Source of the DNA: Myxococcota bacterium
GTDB lineage: Bacteria; Myxococcota_A; Polyangia; Polyangiales; Sandaracinaceae
Direction of reading: 5' to 3'
Length of the DNA stretch: 36,395 nucleotides
NCBI GenBank assembly: GCA_036149055.1
Contig: JAYZQJ010000144.1
Coordinates: 1 to 36,395, forward strand
A program made the position numbers and the translations under genes. The notes below the pieces were generated by a model that was not told the origin of the DNA, did not search any database, and saw nothing but the letters and a program-made list of their open reading frames with translations. Below are positions 26,251 to 35,649 of this stretch, one piece after another. Numbering within the stretch: the first letter of the stretch is position 1; the number at the start of each line of letters is the position of its first letter.

Positions 26251-27414
26251 ATGTTCGGTGATAGGCTGCGGAGCGAGATGGAGCCGGTGGAGCGAGCCTT
26301 TCGGCTCCTCCCGTCCGAGCGCGTGCTCTGGGAGGGGAGGCCGCAGCGGGGGGTGTCGCGAGGCGCCCGGTGGCGCTGGATCCCCGCGCTCGTCGCCGTC
26401 ATCTCCGTGATCGCCGGCATCTTCGCCGGCCTGCTCACCATGGTGGAGCTGCCCGGGGCGACCCAGGTCGCGTCCATCTCGCTGTATCTGCTGCTGACCG
26501 CGGTGGCGGTGTGGGTGGCGCCGACCTTCCTGCTCGATCCCTGCCACTTCGTGGTGACCGACCGGCGCGTGCTCTGGAAGCGCGGCCGGCTGCGGCGTTC
26601 GATCGACCGGCACGCGATCACCTTCGCGCGCATCGCCTGGCACCCGGGCCAGCCCACGGTGGGCGATCTCGAGCTGGTGCGCGCCGTCCCCTTCGGCCCG
26701 CTCTCGCGCAAGCAGCGCCTGGTCTTTCACGACGTGCACGCGCCGGACGAGGTGCTCGCCGTGGTGCGCGGCGTCGAGCCGAGCCCCCACGCCGGCGACG
26801 GAAAGACCCCCCTGACCGACCGCCTCGACCCGGGCGAGGAGGTGCTCTGGGGCGGCGCCCCCGAGGGGATCGGGATCGACTGGCGGCACATCGGGACCAG
26901 CCTCTTCGGCCTGGGCGTGCTCTTCATCGGCCTGCCGACCGGGCTCCGTTCCGCGGTGGTGCTGGCCCAGCTCGAGGAGCGCGGGCTGCCCCTGACCTCC
27001 GGCACCTGGATCCTGCTCTTCATCGCGATGGCGCTCACCGCGACCCTGATCCTCGCGGTCGGCGGCGGTCTCGCCTGGCACGGCATCCTGCGCGCCCGGG
27101 CCATGGGCTTCGACACCGAGTACCTCCTGACCGATCGCCGCGTGATCATCCGCCGCGGCCGGACCGAGCTGTCCCTGGATCGGAAGCGCATCGTCGACGT
27201 GGCCGAGACGCCGGGCTGGCGCGGCTCGACCAACCTCTACCTCGTCCTCGACGGGCCGGAGGCGCGGGCCCTGGCGGACAGCGGCGCGCTCGGGGTCATC
27301 GCCCCGTCCCGGGACTCCGTGCCCCCGGTGCTCTACGAGCTCCGCGACGCGGCCGGCCTGCGCACCCTGCTCTTCGGGCGCCCCTCCCGGCCGTCGTTTC
27401 CGCACGCGGCGTGA
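26251..27414 (+). CDS. Membrane protein with two bacterial PH (bPH)-like repeats
   Basis: Internal duplication 'LLPSERVLWEGRP..FVVTDRRVL' / 'LDPGEEVLWGGAP..YLLTDRRVII', each with two TMs; start could be 26278. Confidence 0.75.
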   Translation: MFGDRLRSEMEPVERAFRLLPSERVLWEGRPQRGVSRGARWRWIPALVAVISVIAGIFAGLLTMVELPGATQVASISLYLLLTAVAVWVAPTFLLDPCHFVVTDRRVLWKRGRLRRSIDRHAITFARIAWHPGQPTVGDLELVRAVPFGPLSRKQRLVFHDVHAPDEVLAVVRGVEPSPHAGDGKTPLTDRLDPGEEVLWGGAPEGIGIDWRHIGTSLFGLGVLFIGLPTGLRSAVVLAQLEERGLPLTSGTWILLFIAMALTATLILAVGGGLAWHGILRARAMGFDTEYLLTDRRVIIRRGRTELSLDRKRIVDVAETPGWRGSTNLYLVLDGPEARALADSGALGVIAPSRDSVPPVLYELRDAAGLRTLLFGRPSRPSFPHAA

Positions 27415-27458
27415 ATCCTCGGAGGCCCCCTGCGTCGGAGGGCCTGGAAACGTCTGCG

Positions 27459-27488
27459 TTGACTCCGCTCGCGGACGCCTCCTACGAT
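27459..27488 (+). promoter_or_regulatory. Candidate sigma70 promoter
   Basis: TTGACT-N18-TACGAT; AGGAG SD before the ATG at 27529. Confidence 0.55.
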
Positions 27489-27528
27489 CGCCCCGCCCGT
27501 GGGGAGCGGGCCCCTACCAGGAGCGAAG

Positions 27529-28182
27529 ATGAAGCGAACCGTCTTTTTGGCCCTGTCCGCCCTCGTGGTGCTGTCCACGGTCGTCATCAGCGGGTGCCGC
27601 GTGCGCGTCCGCCGTCCGCGGGCCGCGGTCACCGTGCAGGCGCAGACGCCGCCGCCGCCCGCCGCCACCGCCACCATCAGCGTGAACACGCCGGCGGCCG
27701 CGGCCGGGGTCACGGTGGTCGACAGCTACTGCAACCCGAACCAGCCGGAGGTCTGCAACGGCCTCGACGACAACTGCAACGGCGTCATCGACGAGGGCTG
27801 CGGCTTCTCGAGCGGCAACATCCAGATCACCCTCGCCTGGAACACGGGGGCCGACCTCGACCTCTACGTGACCGACCCGATGGGCTACACGCTCAGCTAC
27901 CAGAACCGCCGCAGCCCGAGCGGCGGCGAGCTCGATCACGACGCCCGCGGGGCCTGCAACCGTCGCCAGGCCGGCAACACGATCGAGAACGTGTACTGGG
28001 ACTCGCCCCAGCCGCCCTCCGGTCAGTACGTCATCGACGTGCACTACTGGGGCAACTGCGGGGTCGCGGGCACCACCCAGGCCACGATGTCGATCGCGGT
28101 CGGGGGCCAGGTCATCGGCGCCTACAACGTGGTGCTGAACCCGCGCGACCGGCAGCGGGTGGCCAGCTTCATGATGCCCTAG
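27529..28182 (+). CDS. Lipoprotein with a MopE-like Cys repeat and a YfaP/DUF2135-like domain
   Basis: Lipobox ISG-C; 'EVCNGLDDNCNGVIDEG'; 'ITLAWNTGADLDLYVTDP..GGELDHD..ENVYW..SGQY'. Confidence 0.85.
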   Translation: MKRTVFLALSALVVLSTVVISGCRVRVRRPRAAVTVQAQTPPPPAATATISVNTPAAAAGVTVVDSYCNPNQPEVCNGLDDNCNGVIDEGCGFSSGNIQITLAWNTGADLDLYVTDPMGYTLSYQNRRSPSGGELDHDARGACNRRQAGNTIENVYWDSPQPPSGQYVIDVHYWGNCGVAGTTQATMSIAVGGQVIGAYNVVLNPRDRQRVASFMMP

Positions 28183-28206
28183 CGCACCGCCCGTCCGCGC
28201 GAACCC

Positions 28207-28240
28207 GGGAGCCTCGGTCTCGCTCGAGATCGAGGCTCTC
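28207..28240 (+). terminator. 15-bp stem hairpin after the lipoprotein gene
   Basis: GGGAGCCTCGGTCTC-GCTC-GAGATCGAGGCTCTC; no clear U-tract. Confidence 0.45.
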
Positions 28241-28374
28241 TCGCGTCCGGGGGATCTTCGCGACCGCGCCGCGTATTCACCCCCGTGCAGCCCCAGATCA
28301 CCCGTCCCTCGATTGACCGGTCCCGAGCGGGCGACATACCCTCGAAGGCCCGCGTAACACCGTTAGATTGGGAC

Positions 28375-31305
28375 ATGCTCGTCTGCCCGCTCTGTCGCCT
28401 CGTGCTCGGCGACGACGAAACCACCTGTCCTCGGGACGGGACCGAAGGCGCCTCCGCCGAGCCGGTCGGCGTGCCCGACGCGGTGCAGGAGCGCTTCGGC
28501 ATCGTGCAGCCGTTCGCGCACGGAGGCGGCGGCGACCTCTACCTGGCCGACGATCGTCAGACCGGCCGGCGGGGCATCCTCAAGATCCTGCGCCGGCCCG
28601 AGACGTCCACGCCGGCCGAGCGCGCGCGGCTGAAGCGCGAGCTGGTCAAGCAGGCCACGCTCACCCACGACGTGCTCTCGGTGCCGCTGGCGACCGGCGA
28701 CGCCGACGACCGCCCGTGGATCTTCCGGGAGTGGCACGAGGGCGTCTCGCTCGAGGTCCGCCTCGCCCGCGGGGGCGCGCTCCCGCAGCAGGAGGCCTTC
28801 GCCATCGCCGCGCAGATGGCGTCGGCGCTCGACGAGCTGCACCGGGCGGGGCTGCTGCACCGCGACCTGAAGCCGGGGCACGTGCTCCTGATGCCGCAGC
28901 CCTCGGGCCTGCCCCGGGTGGCGGTGATCGACGCGGGGATCGCGGCCCGCATCCAGACCCGCGCCGCCTTCGAGGTCACCGGCACGCCCGGGTACTGCTC
29001 GCCGGAGCAGGCGCGGGGTAAGCTCGTCAGCTTCCGGAGCGACCTCTACGCGCTGGGCTGCGTGCTGCACCAGATGCTCACCGGTGAGCCGCCCTTCACG
29101 GGCGACACCGAGGCCCTGCTCGAGGCCCACGCGAGCCAGCCGGCCCCGGCGCCCCCGGTGTCGCTGCCGACCGGCGTCTCGACGCTCCTGACCCAGCTGC
29201 TGGCCAAGGAGGCGCGCGACCGCCCGTTCTCGGCCCAGCAGGTGAAGCGCGCGCTCGCGCCGTTCCTGCCGGAGGACGCGAGCAGCCAGCGGGAGGCGAC
29301 CCAGACCTTCGAGAAGCTCCAGAAGGCGACGCCGCGCCGGCCGCCCAGCTCGGGCTCGGGCACGCTGCGCCCGCCTCGCTCGATCAAGAAGACGACCCTC
29401 GGGATCGCCGCCGCGCCGAGCACGAAGACCAGCGTGCCGCCGCCCCCTCCGACGGCGAAGCGGTCCAAGACCAGCGTGCCGCCGCCCCCGCCCACCGGGA
29501 AGGCGCGGCCGAAGACCAGCGCCCCGCCGCCGCCGCCGGGCGCCCGCAAGTTCGCCAAGGAGCCGACCGAGGAGCTGTCGGCGATGGACCTCGCGCAGGC
29601 GGAGGCGGTGATCGCGTCCGTGCAGAAGCCGCGCCCCGACCGGACGGAAGAGCTGTCGGCGCTGGATCTGGCGACCGCCGAGGCCCTCACCGCGCCGGCC
29701 CCGAAGAAGCCGGCCCGCACGATCCTGGGCATGCCGGCCCAGGCGCAGGAGCCTCCGGCCCCGAGCGTCACGAGCACCAAGCCCGGCTTCCCGGTCGACG
29801 AGGCCCCGACGGATCTCTCGGCGCCGCCTGCGTCCACGACGCCCACCGAGCCCGGCTTCGCGACCGACGAGGCGCCGACCGAGAAGAGCGCGAGCCCGGA
29901 CGCCGACGTCACCACCAAGCGGCCGGCGCTCTCTTCGGCGCCGCCTCCTCCGCCGCCGATCTCGGCGACGGGGCCGACGATGGCGGGGCCGCTGGAGCCG
30001 CCGGTGTCGGGGACCGGGCCGACGATGGCGGGGCCGCTGGAGCCGCCGGTGTCGGGCACCGCGCCGACCCAGGCCGGGACGCCTCCGCAGACCACCCAGC
30101 CGACCGCGTCCGTGCCGTGGGCCGACGCCAGCCCGGCCGCCAGCACCCCGGCTGCCAGCGCCCCGGCCGCCAGCAGCCCGCCCGACGACGGCGGCGGCCT
30201 CGACTACGACGATCTGGCCGAGACCCAGGCGTTCGACCGCGACACCGAGAAGGCGCCGGCGGGGTTGCTCGGGAAGCTCGAGGACTACGAGGCCCGCCCC
30301 GACGCGAGCCCCGCCGCGTCGAGCGCGCCCGCCGCCACCGCCCCAGCGAGCGCTCCGCCGCCCTCGGTGGCGGTCGAGACGCCGGCCGCGGCGCCGACCT
30401 ACGCCGCCGCTCCCACCACCGAAGCGGAGCCGGTGAAGATCCCCGGGCAGCGCGCGCTCCCGATCGTCGCGGTGGCCGCGGTGGCGGGTATCTGCCTGCT
30501 CGGCTCGGTCGCGACCGGGCTCGCGGTCTGGCTCGGCTCGGAGGAGGACACGCCGGTCGCGATGGACGCGCCGGCGCCGCCCTCGGCCCAGCCCGCGCCG
30601 CCGCCGGTCCCCGAGCCCGCGCCGGTCGCGGCCGCGGAGCCGGCGGCGCAGCCCGAGCCGCGCGTCGAAGAAGGCGCGGCGGAGGCGGCGGCGGCGGCCG
30701 AAGCGGAAGCGACGGCAGCAGCCGAAGCGGAGGCCGCGGCGGAAGCGGAGGCGGCGGCCGAGGCGGAAGCGGCGGCCGAAGCGGAGGCCGCGGCGGAAGC
30801 GGAGGCGGCCGAAGCCCGGGCCGCGGAGGCGAGGGCGGCCGAGGAGCGAGAGGCGCCCCGTCGCGTCGCGCGCGCCGAGCGGGAGCCCCGCCGCGCGCCG
30901 CGTCGCGCCCAGCGTCAGGAGCGGACCGCGCCGACGGCGCCCTCGGGCGGCAACCGGATGCAGCAGTTCCAGGCGGCACGGGAAGAGGGGCGCAACCAGT
31001 TCCGCGCCCGGAACTACCCGGCCGCGGCCGCCGCCTACCAGCGCGCCACCCAGCTCAACCCGCGTCACGCCGGGAGCTTCGCCGGCCTCGGCGCGGCGTG
31101 GGTCGCGGCCCGACAGCCGCAGCGGGCGATCGCCGCCTACCAGCGCGCGGTCAGCCTCCAGCCCCGGAACGCCGCGTTCCACGCCGCGCTCGGCTCGGCC
31201 TATCAGCAGGCCGGCGATCGGACCCGCGCGCGCGCCGCCTACCAGCGCGCGCTGGCCATCGACCCCAGCAACGCCGGCGCTCGGCGCGGTCTGGCGTCGC
31301 TCTGA
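28375..31305 (+). CDS. Hanks-type Ser/Thr protein kinase (Zn-ribbon, atypical kinase domain, Pro-rich linker, TM, TPR)
   Basis: 'CPLC..CPRDG'; 'HRDLKPGH', 'IDAGIA', 'GTPGYCSPEQ', 'SDLYALGC'; one TM; AEAEAA repeats; C-terminal TPRs. Confidence 0.9.
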   Translation: MLVCPLCRLVLGDDETTCPRDGTEGASAEPVGVPDAVQERFGIVQPFAHGGGGDLYLADDRQTGRRGILKILRRPETSTPAERARLKRELVKQATLTHDVLSVPLATGDADDRPWIFREWHEGVSLEVRLARGGALPQQEAFAIAAQMASALDELHRAGLLHRDLKPGHVLLMPQPSGLPRVAVIDAGIAARIQTRAAFEVTGTPGYCSPEQARGKLVSFRSDLYALGCVLHQMLTGEPPFTGDTEALLEAHASQPAPAPPVSLPTGVSTLLTQLLAKEARDRPFSAQQVKRALAPFLPEDASSQREATQTFEKLQKATPRRPPSSGSGTLRPPRSIKKTTLGIAAAPSTKTSVPPPPPTAKRSKTSVPPPPPTGKARPKTSAPPPPPGARKFAKEPTEELSAMDLAQAEAVIASVQKPRPDRTEELSALDLATAEALTAPAPKKPARTILGMPAQAQEPPAPSVTSTKPGFPVDEAPTDLSAPPASTTPTEPGFATDEAPTEKSASPDADVTTKRPALSSAPPPPPPISATGPTMAGPLEPPVSGTGPTMAGPLEPPVSGTAPTQAGTPPQTTQPTASVPWADASPAASTPAASAPAASSPPDDGGGLDYDDLAETQAFDRDTEKAPAGLLGKLEDYEARPDASPAASSAPAATAPASAPPPSVAVETPAAAPTYAAAPTTEAEPVKIPGQRALPIVAVAAVAGICLLGSVATGLAVWLGSEEDTPVAMDAPAPPSAQPAPPPVPEPAPVAAAEPAAQPEPRVEEGAAEAAAAAEAEATAAAEAEAAAEAEAAAEAEAAAEAEAAAEAEAAEARAAEARAAEEREAPRRVARAEREPRRAPRRAQRQERTAPTAPSGGNRMQQFQAAREEGRNQFRARNYPAAAAAYQRATQLNPRHAGSFAGLGAAWVAARQPQRAIAAYQRAVSLQPRNAAFHAALGSAYQQAGDRTRARAAYQRALAIDPSNAGARRGLASL

Positions 31306-31311
31306 CCTCGG

Positions 31312-32016
31312 TCAGTCGCCGTCCATCTCGCGCTCGATGAGGCGGCTCAGCCGCGGCACCCCCTTGGGGCGGTCGACGACCGTCTCGGGGGCCTCCTGTC
31401 GATCGCGGGCGAGCGGCGCCGAGCGGCGGCCCATGGAGGCGAGGGCCTCGCTCGCCTGAGCGGTGGGGACTCGCACCACGAACTCCTCGCCGACCAGGCG
31501 GACGGCGGCGCCGAAGCCGCAGGCCTCGATGAGGCCGGCCTCGGCGCGGACCCAGGCCGCCACCAGCTCGTCGCTCGCGGGCTCGGCGCTGCCGACCACG
31601 GTGGCGCCTTCGTCGCGCAGGGCCACCGCCTCCTCGGGCGTGAGCGCGAGCACGTTCTCCGCGTAGACCTCCCAGCCGACCACGCTGTGACCCCGCCAGA
31701 TGCGGAGCCGCGCGGCCTCGGCGAGCTCGACCGCGAGCGTCGCGCGATCGTCCTCCGCCTTCGCGGTCTCGCTCCGCTTCAGCCGGGCCTCGTAGACGGT
31801 CCGGGCGTCGCGGTTGGCGACGCCGGGGATGAGCACGACAGGCCGGGGATCGTTGAGCTTTCGGCTCGCCGGACGGCGCCAGAGCGCGTCGTCGTCGCCG
31901 CTGGCGAAGGCCTCCAGATCCTTGGGCATCTGCTTGCGGTCTTTGGCCGACCGACGCACCACTCGGGGGGCGGACGGCTCGCCGCGCTTGCCCTTCTTTC
32001 GACCGCGTTCGCTCAT
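31312..32016 (-). CDS. Hypothetical protein (basic N-terminus, helical)
   Basis: Normal coding composition; fills the gap between the kinase and rplU; TATCCT 5 nt upstream. Confidence 0.7.
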   Translation of the reverse strand: MSERGRKKGKRGEPSAPRVVRRSAKDRKQMPKDLEAFASGDDDALWRRPASRKLNDPRPVVLIPGVANRDARTVYEARLKRSETAKAEDDRATLAVELAEAARLRIWRGHSVVGWEVYAENVLALTPEEAVALRDEGATVVGSAEPASDELVAAWVRAEAGLIEACGFGAAVRLVGEEFVVRVPTAQASEALASMGRRSAPLARDRQEAPETVVDRPKGVPRLSRLIEREMDGD

Positions 32017-32066
32017 CCGCCAGGATATAGCAGGGCGGCGCCGACCCGCGACCCCTCAAAAACCGC

Positions 32067-32094
32067 TTGCGGCCGCCTCGCCCCCGCGTAATCT
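32067..32094 (+). promoter_or_regulatory. Candidate sigma70 promoter of rplU-rpmA
   Basis: A-tract, TTGCGG-N16-TAATCT, then a GC-rich discriminator. Confidence 0.5.
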
Positions 32095-32157
32095 TCCCGG
32101 CCCCCCACGGCGCTCTCGTCCCGAGCGGCGTCCGTTCGACAAGAGGGAAGGTTTCCA

Positions 32158-32466
32158 ATGTACGCAGTGATCAAGACCGGCGGTAAGCAGTACCGCGTCT
32201 CCGAAGGCGACCGCATCCGGGTCGAGAAGCTCGACGGCGACGTCGGCACCGAGCTCACCTTCGACGAAGTGCTCATGGTCGGCGGAGACAAGGTCTCCGT
32301 GGGCACGCCGCTCGTCGGCGGCGCGAGCGTGAAGGCGAAGATCGTCGCGCAGGACCGCGCGAAGAAGATCATCGTCTTCAAGTACAAGCGCCGCAAGAAC
32401 TACCGCAAGAAGTACGGTCATCGGCAGCCCTTCACCGAGATCGAGATCACCGGCGTGAGCGCCTGA
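32158..32466 (+). CDS. rplU: 50S ribosomal protein L21
   Basis: '[33 protein letters not shown]'. Confidence 0.99.
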   Translation: MYAVIKTGGKQYRVSEGDRIRVEKLDGDVGTELTFDEVLMVGGDKVSVGTPLVGGASVKAKIVAQDRAKKIIVFKYKRRKNYRKKYGHRQPFTEIEITGVSA

Positions 32467-32476
32467 GGAGAACGCG

Positions 32477-32749
32477 ATGGCTCACAAAAAGGGACAGGGC
32501 TCGTCTCGGAACGGGCGCGACAGCAACCCCCAGTACCGCGGCGTCAAGGTCTTCGGTGGCCAGGAGGTCTCGGCCGGCAGCATTCTCGTGCGCCAGGTCG
32601 GTTCCACCTTCCACGCCGGACCGAACGTCGGCCAGGGCAAGGACTACACGCTCTGGGCGCGCATCGACGGCGTCGTGAAGTTCGAGCGCCAGGGTCGGGA
32701 CCGCAAGCGCATCGCGGTCTACCCGAAGGCCGAAGAAGCGCAGGCCTGA
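32477..32749 (+). CDS. rpmA: 50S ribosomal protein L27
   Basis: '[29 protein letters not shown]'. Confidence 0.99.
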   Translation: MAHKKGQGSSRNGRDSNPQYRGVKVFGGQEVSAGSILVRQVGSTFHAGPNVGQGKDYTLWARIDGVVKFERQGRDRKRIAVYPKAEEAQA

Positions 32750-32772
32750 AGGCCGCACCTTCGCGCTGACGA

Positions 32773-32806
32773 GGCCGGCTCCCGGTGGGGGCCGGCCATT
32801 GTCGTT
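32773..32806 (+). terminator. Intrinsic terminator after rpmA
   Basis: GGCCGGCTCCC-GGT-GGGGGCCGGCC followed by ATTGTCGTT. Confidence 0.6.
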
Positions 32807-32855
32807 CCGTCCGTGTGACGGTGGGGTAGCGTGTTATCTTGAAGCGCCGAGCTTC

Positions 32856-34337
32856 ATGCAGCTTCCCCTGCCCATCACGGATCTGCCGCCCGACCAGGCG
32901 CCCACCGAAGTCCCCCGGCGTAGCCGGGTCTACGTGAACCGGAACCTGCGGTTCGACCTCGTCTCGGTCGTCGGCTTCGACATGGACTACACGCTCGCGA
33001 TCTACCGCCAGGAGGCGATGGATCGGCTGAGCATCGACGCCACCGCGCGCAAGCTCGTCGAGGACCTCGGGTATCCCGAGTGCCTCCGCACCGCGCCGTA
33101 CCGGACCGACTTCGCGATCCGCGGCCTCCTGATCGACCGCGAGCTCGGCAACGTCCTCAAGATGGACCGCTACCGGTACGTGAAGAAGGCGTACCACGGG
33201 CTGCGCGAGCTCTCGCGCGAGGAGCGGCACCGGCTCTATCACAGCCGCCCGATCCGGGTGGGCGCCGGGCGCTATCACTGGGTCGACACCCTCTACGGCC
33301 TCAGCGAGGTCTCGGTCTTCGCCGGGGCGATCGAGGCGCTCGACGAGGCGGGCGAGGAGGTCGATCGGGGCAAGCTCTTCGACGACATCCGGCGCAGCAT
33401 CGACCTCGCGCACCAGGACGGCTCGATCATCGACACCATCGCGGCGAACCCGGAGCGGTTCCTGCGCCGCGATCCCGATCTGCCGGCGACCTTCCACAAG
33501 CTGCGGAGCGCGGGCAAGCGCCTCTTCCTGCTGACGAACAGCCACGCCGGCTACACCGACCGGATCATGACGTGGCTCTTCGAGGATCTCCTCGACGGCT
33601 ACTCCTCGTGGCGCAGCTTCTTCGACCTCATCGTGACCGCGGCCAAGAAGCCGCGCTTCTTCATGGAGGAGAGCATCGCGTTCGAGCCGGCGGAGGAGGG
33701 CCTTGCGGTGCCGACCCGGAGCTTCGAGCGTGGGCGGCTCTACCAGGGCGGTTGCCTGAGCGAGCTGCGCCGCCTCTTCGAGGCGAGCGGCGATCGCGTG
33801 CTCTACGTCGGCGACCACATCTACGGCGACGTGCTCCGCGCCAAGAAGGACAGCGCGTGGCGCACCGCGATGATCATCCAGGAGATGGAGCGTGAGCTCG
33901 ACGTGCAGGAGGAGATCCTGCCGCTGCTCGACCGCATGGACGAGCTCGAGGCGGTGCGGGACCTGCTGCACGAGGAGCTGCGATCGCGGCAGGCCAGCGT
34001 TCGCCGCATGTCACGCGCGCTCGAGGACGCGCGAGGGGGCGGTAAGTCCACCACCGAGCTCGGCGCCACCCGGGCCCACCACAAGAAGCTCGTCGATCGC
34101 ATCAAGGCGCGGCTGAAGGACCTCGACCACGAGCTCGAGGAGCTCGAGGACCGGGTCGACCGCGCCTATCACCCCTTCTGGGGCTCGGTGTTCAAGGCCG
34201 GGCCCGAGGTGAGCCTCTTCGGCGACCAGGTCGAGCAGTACGCCTGCGTCTACACCGACCGCGTCAGCAACCTCCTCTACTACAGCCCCCTGCACTACTT
34301 CCGCAGCCCGCGCGACCGCATGCCCCACGAGGTCTGA
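32856..34337 (+). CDS. HAD-IG family 5'-nucleotidase (cN-II / NT5C2-like)
   Basis: 'VYVNRNL..GFDMDYTL', 'LFLLTNS', 'AAKKPRFF', 'YVGDHIYGDV', 'YACVYT..SNL'. Confidence 0.93.
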   Translation: MQLPLPITDLPPDQAPTEVPRRSRVYVNRNLRFDLVSVVGFDMDYTLAIYRQEAMDRLSIDATARKLVEDLGYPECLRTAPYRTDFAIRGLLIDRELGNVLKMDRYRYVKKAYHGLRELSREERHRLYHSRPIRVGAGRYHWVDTLYGLSEVSVFAGAIEALDEAGEEVDRGKLFDDIRRSIDLAHQDGSIIDTIAANPERFLRRDPDLPATFHKLRSAGKRLFLLTNSHAGYTDRIMTWLFEDLLDGYSSWRSFFDLIVTAAKKPRFFMEESIAFEPAEEGLAVPTRSFERGRLYQGGCLSELRRLFEASGDRVLYVGDHIYGDVLRAKKDSAWRTAMIIQEMERELDVQEEILPLLDRMDELEAVRDLLHEELRSRQASVRRMSRALEDARGGGKSTTELGATRAHHKKLVDRIKARLKDLDHELEELEDRVDRAYHPFWGSVFKAGPEVSLFGDQVEQYACVYTDRVSNLLYYSPLHYFRSPRDRMPHEV

Positions 34338-34354
34338 GCTGCGGCCACGCGAGG

Positions 34355-34696
34355 TCAGCCGAGCGCGGCGAGGAAGCGCTGCAGCTGCTGACGCTGGGCG
34401 GGGGTCAGCGCGCCGAACCGGACGCCGGCCATGTGGGTTCCGTCGTCGCTCGGCGCCGTCCAGGCGACGGTGGCCTGGGCCTCGAAGGGCTCCTCGTCGG
34501 GATCCTCGATGCCGTCCTGGGTGAGGAAGAGCGTGAGCTGGAAGACGGCGCCGTCCTCGAGCGGGCGCGAGAGGGACAGGCCGACGCCGCCTTCGCTGAC
34601 GTTCTGCGTCGCGGCCGCGACCGTGTGATGTCCGAGGGTGAGCTCGGCGGCGACCTCGACACGAAATCGCGGGTGTTGGCGCAGATCGGTGCTCAT
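34355..34696 (-). CDS. Stand-alone PilZ domain protein
   Basis: RxxxR 'RQHPR'; (D/N)xSxxG 'NVSEGG'; 'AGVRF'. Confidence 0.88.
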   Translation of the reverse strand: MSTDLRQHPRFRVEVAAELTLGHHTVAAATQNVSEGGVGLSLSRPLEDGAVFQLTLFLTQDGIEDPDEEPFEAQATVAWTAPSDDGTHMAGVRFGALTPAQRQQLQRFLAALG

Positions 34697-35313
34697 TCGG
34701 CGTCTCGCTCCCGGCCGCCCATCATGCGTGTGAAGCCCCCGTCCGTAAAGGCGTTCAGCAGCGCCTCGATCTCCAGCACCCGGAGCGCGCGGGCCACATC
34801 CACCCGCCCGGCCAGGTCGCGCTCGAGCTGGATGCGGCGTCGCTCGAAGTAGAGGTGCGCGATGGCCCGGGCGAGGTCGGCCTGCTCGCGCTCGACCGAG
34901 CGGAGCTCACGCAGCATCGGCACCTCCTCGTTCGCGAAGACGATGCGATCGAAGCGGAAGGTCAGGGCCGCCTCGAAGGTGAGCGCGTCGTCGGTGGACA
35001 CGTTGGTGACCGCGTCTCCGCCGGTCAGTCCGCGGAGATCCACCGTCTGGCCGCGGCGCAGCGAGGCCCGGGCCGTCGGGAGCCAGCCGGTCGCCCGCGC
35101 GCGGTCCATCGCGTCCCTCACCCGCCCGGGGGACGCGGTCCGTGCGCGCAGCGCCGCGTCGATGACCCGGGCCACGCTCGGCTCGCGCCGATAGCGGTAG
35201 AGCGCTCGCTCGATGCGCTCCGGGGTGACGGCGGCGGTGGGCTCGCTCGCGGCCTGCGCGTGCGCGGTCAGCGGCGCGAGCGAGAGGAGCAAGAAGAGGA
35301 GGGTCTTGTTCAT
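34693..35313 (-). CDS. Secreted protein resembling a single outer-membrane-efflux (TolC half) repeat
   Basis: Signal peptide; 'ARATGWLPTARAS', 'AALTFRFDRIVF', 'LARAIAHLYFERRRIQLE'; ATGA overlaps on both sides. Confidence 0.65.
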   Translation of the reverse strand: MNKTLLFLLLSLAPLTAHAQAASEPTAAVTPERIERALYRYRREPSVARVIDAALRARTASPGRVRDAMDRARATGWLPTARASLRRGQTVDLRGLTGGDAVTNVSTDDALTFEAALTFRFDRIVFANEEVPMLRELRSVEREQADLARAIAHLYFERRRIQLERDLAGRVDVARALRVLEIEALLNAFTDGGFTRMMGGRERDAE

Positions 35314-35636
35314 GGTTCTTCCGTTTCGATTCGGGCGCCCTCGAGCGCACGCCACCGGGCGCGGCGCTCCCAGGCGCAGAGAGGCGCGGTCACGCAGGGC
35401 ACCGGAGACGTGATCGAGGGCGGCTCGTCCGGTGGCGTGCGCTCGAGCGTGGCCGGGCGCGGCGGAGACAGCCTCCATCGCAGACCGCCTTCCACTCGCC
35501 ACCCGGCAGACGCGTCGTCGTCTCCGCGCGCCTCGGTCACCGCGCCGCGCACCACGAGACGAGGTACCCAGGCGCTGCCCTGCGCGGCGGTGCACCCACC
35601 GAGGAGCGCGCAGACGACGACGAGGTGGCGGCCCAT
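35310..35636 (-). CDS. Small putative lipoprotein
   Basis: 'MGRHLVVVCALLGG-C'; stop codon overlaps the next ATG. Confidence 0.6.
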   Translation of the reverse strand: MGRHLVVVCALLGGCTAAQGSAWVPRLVVRGAVTEARGDDDASAGWRVEGGLRWRLSPPRPATLERTPPDEPPSITSPVPCVTAPLCAWERRARWRALEGARIETEEP

Positions 35637-35649
35637 GCGCCGCACCACG

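Noticed and set aside
25294..27405. Apparent 837-aa cytidine deaminase fusion
   Set aside because: Only the last 133 aa are cdd; the rest overlaps punA and the PH-domain gene in other frames
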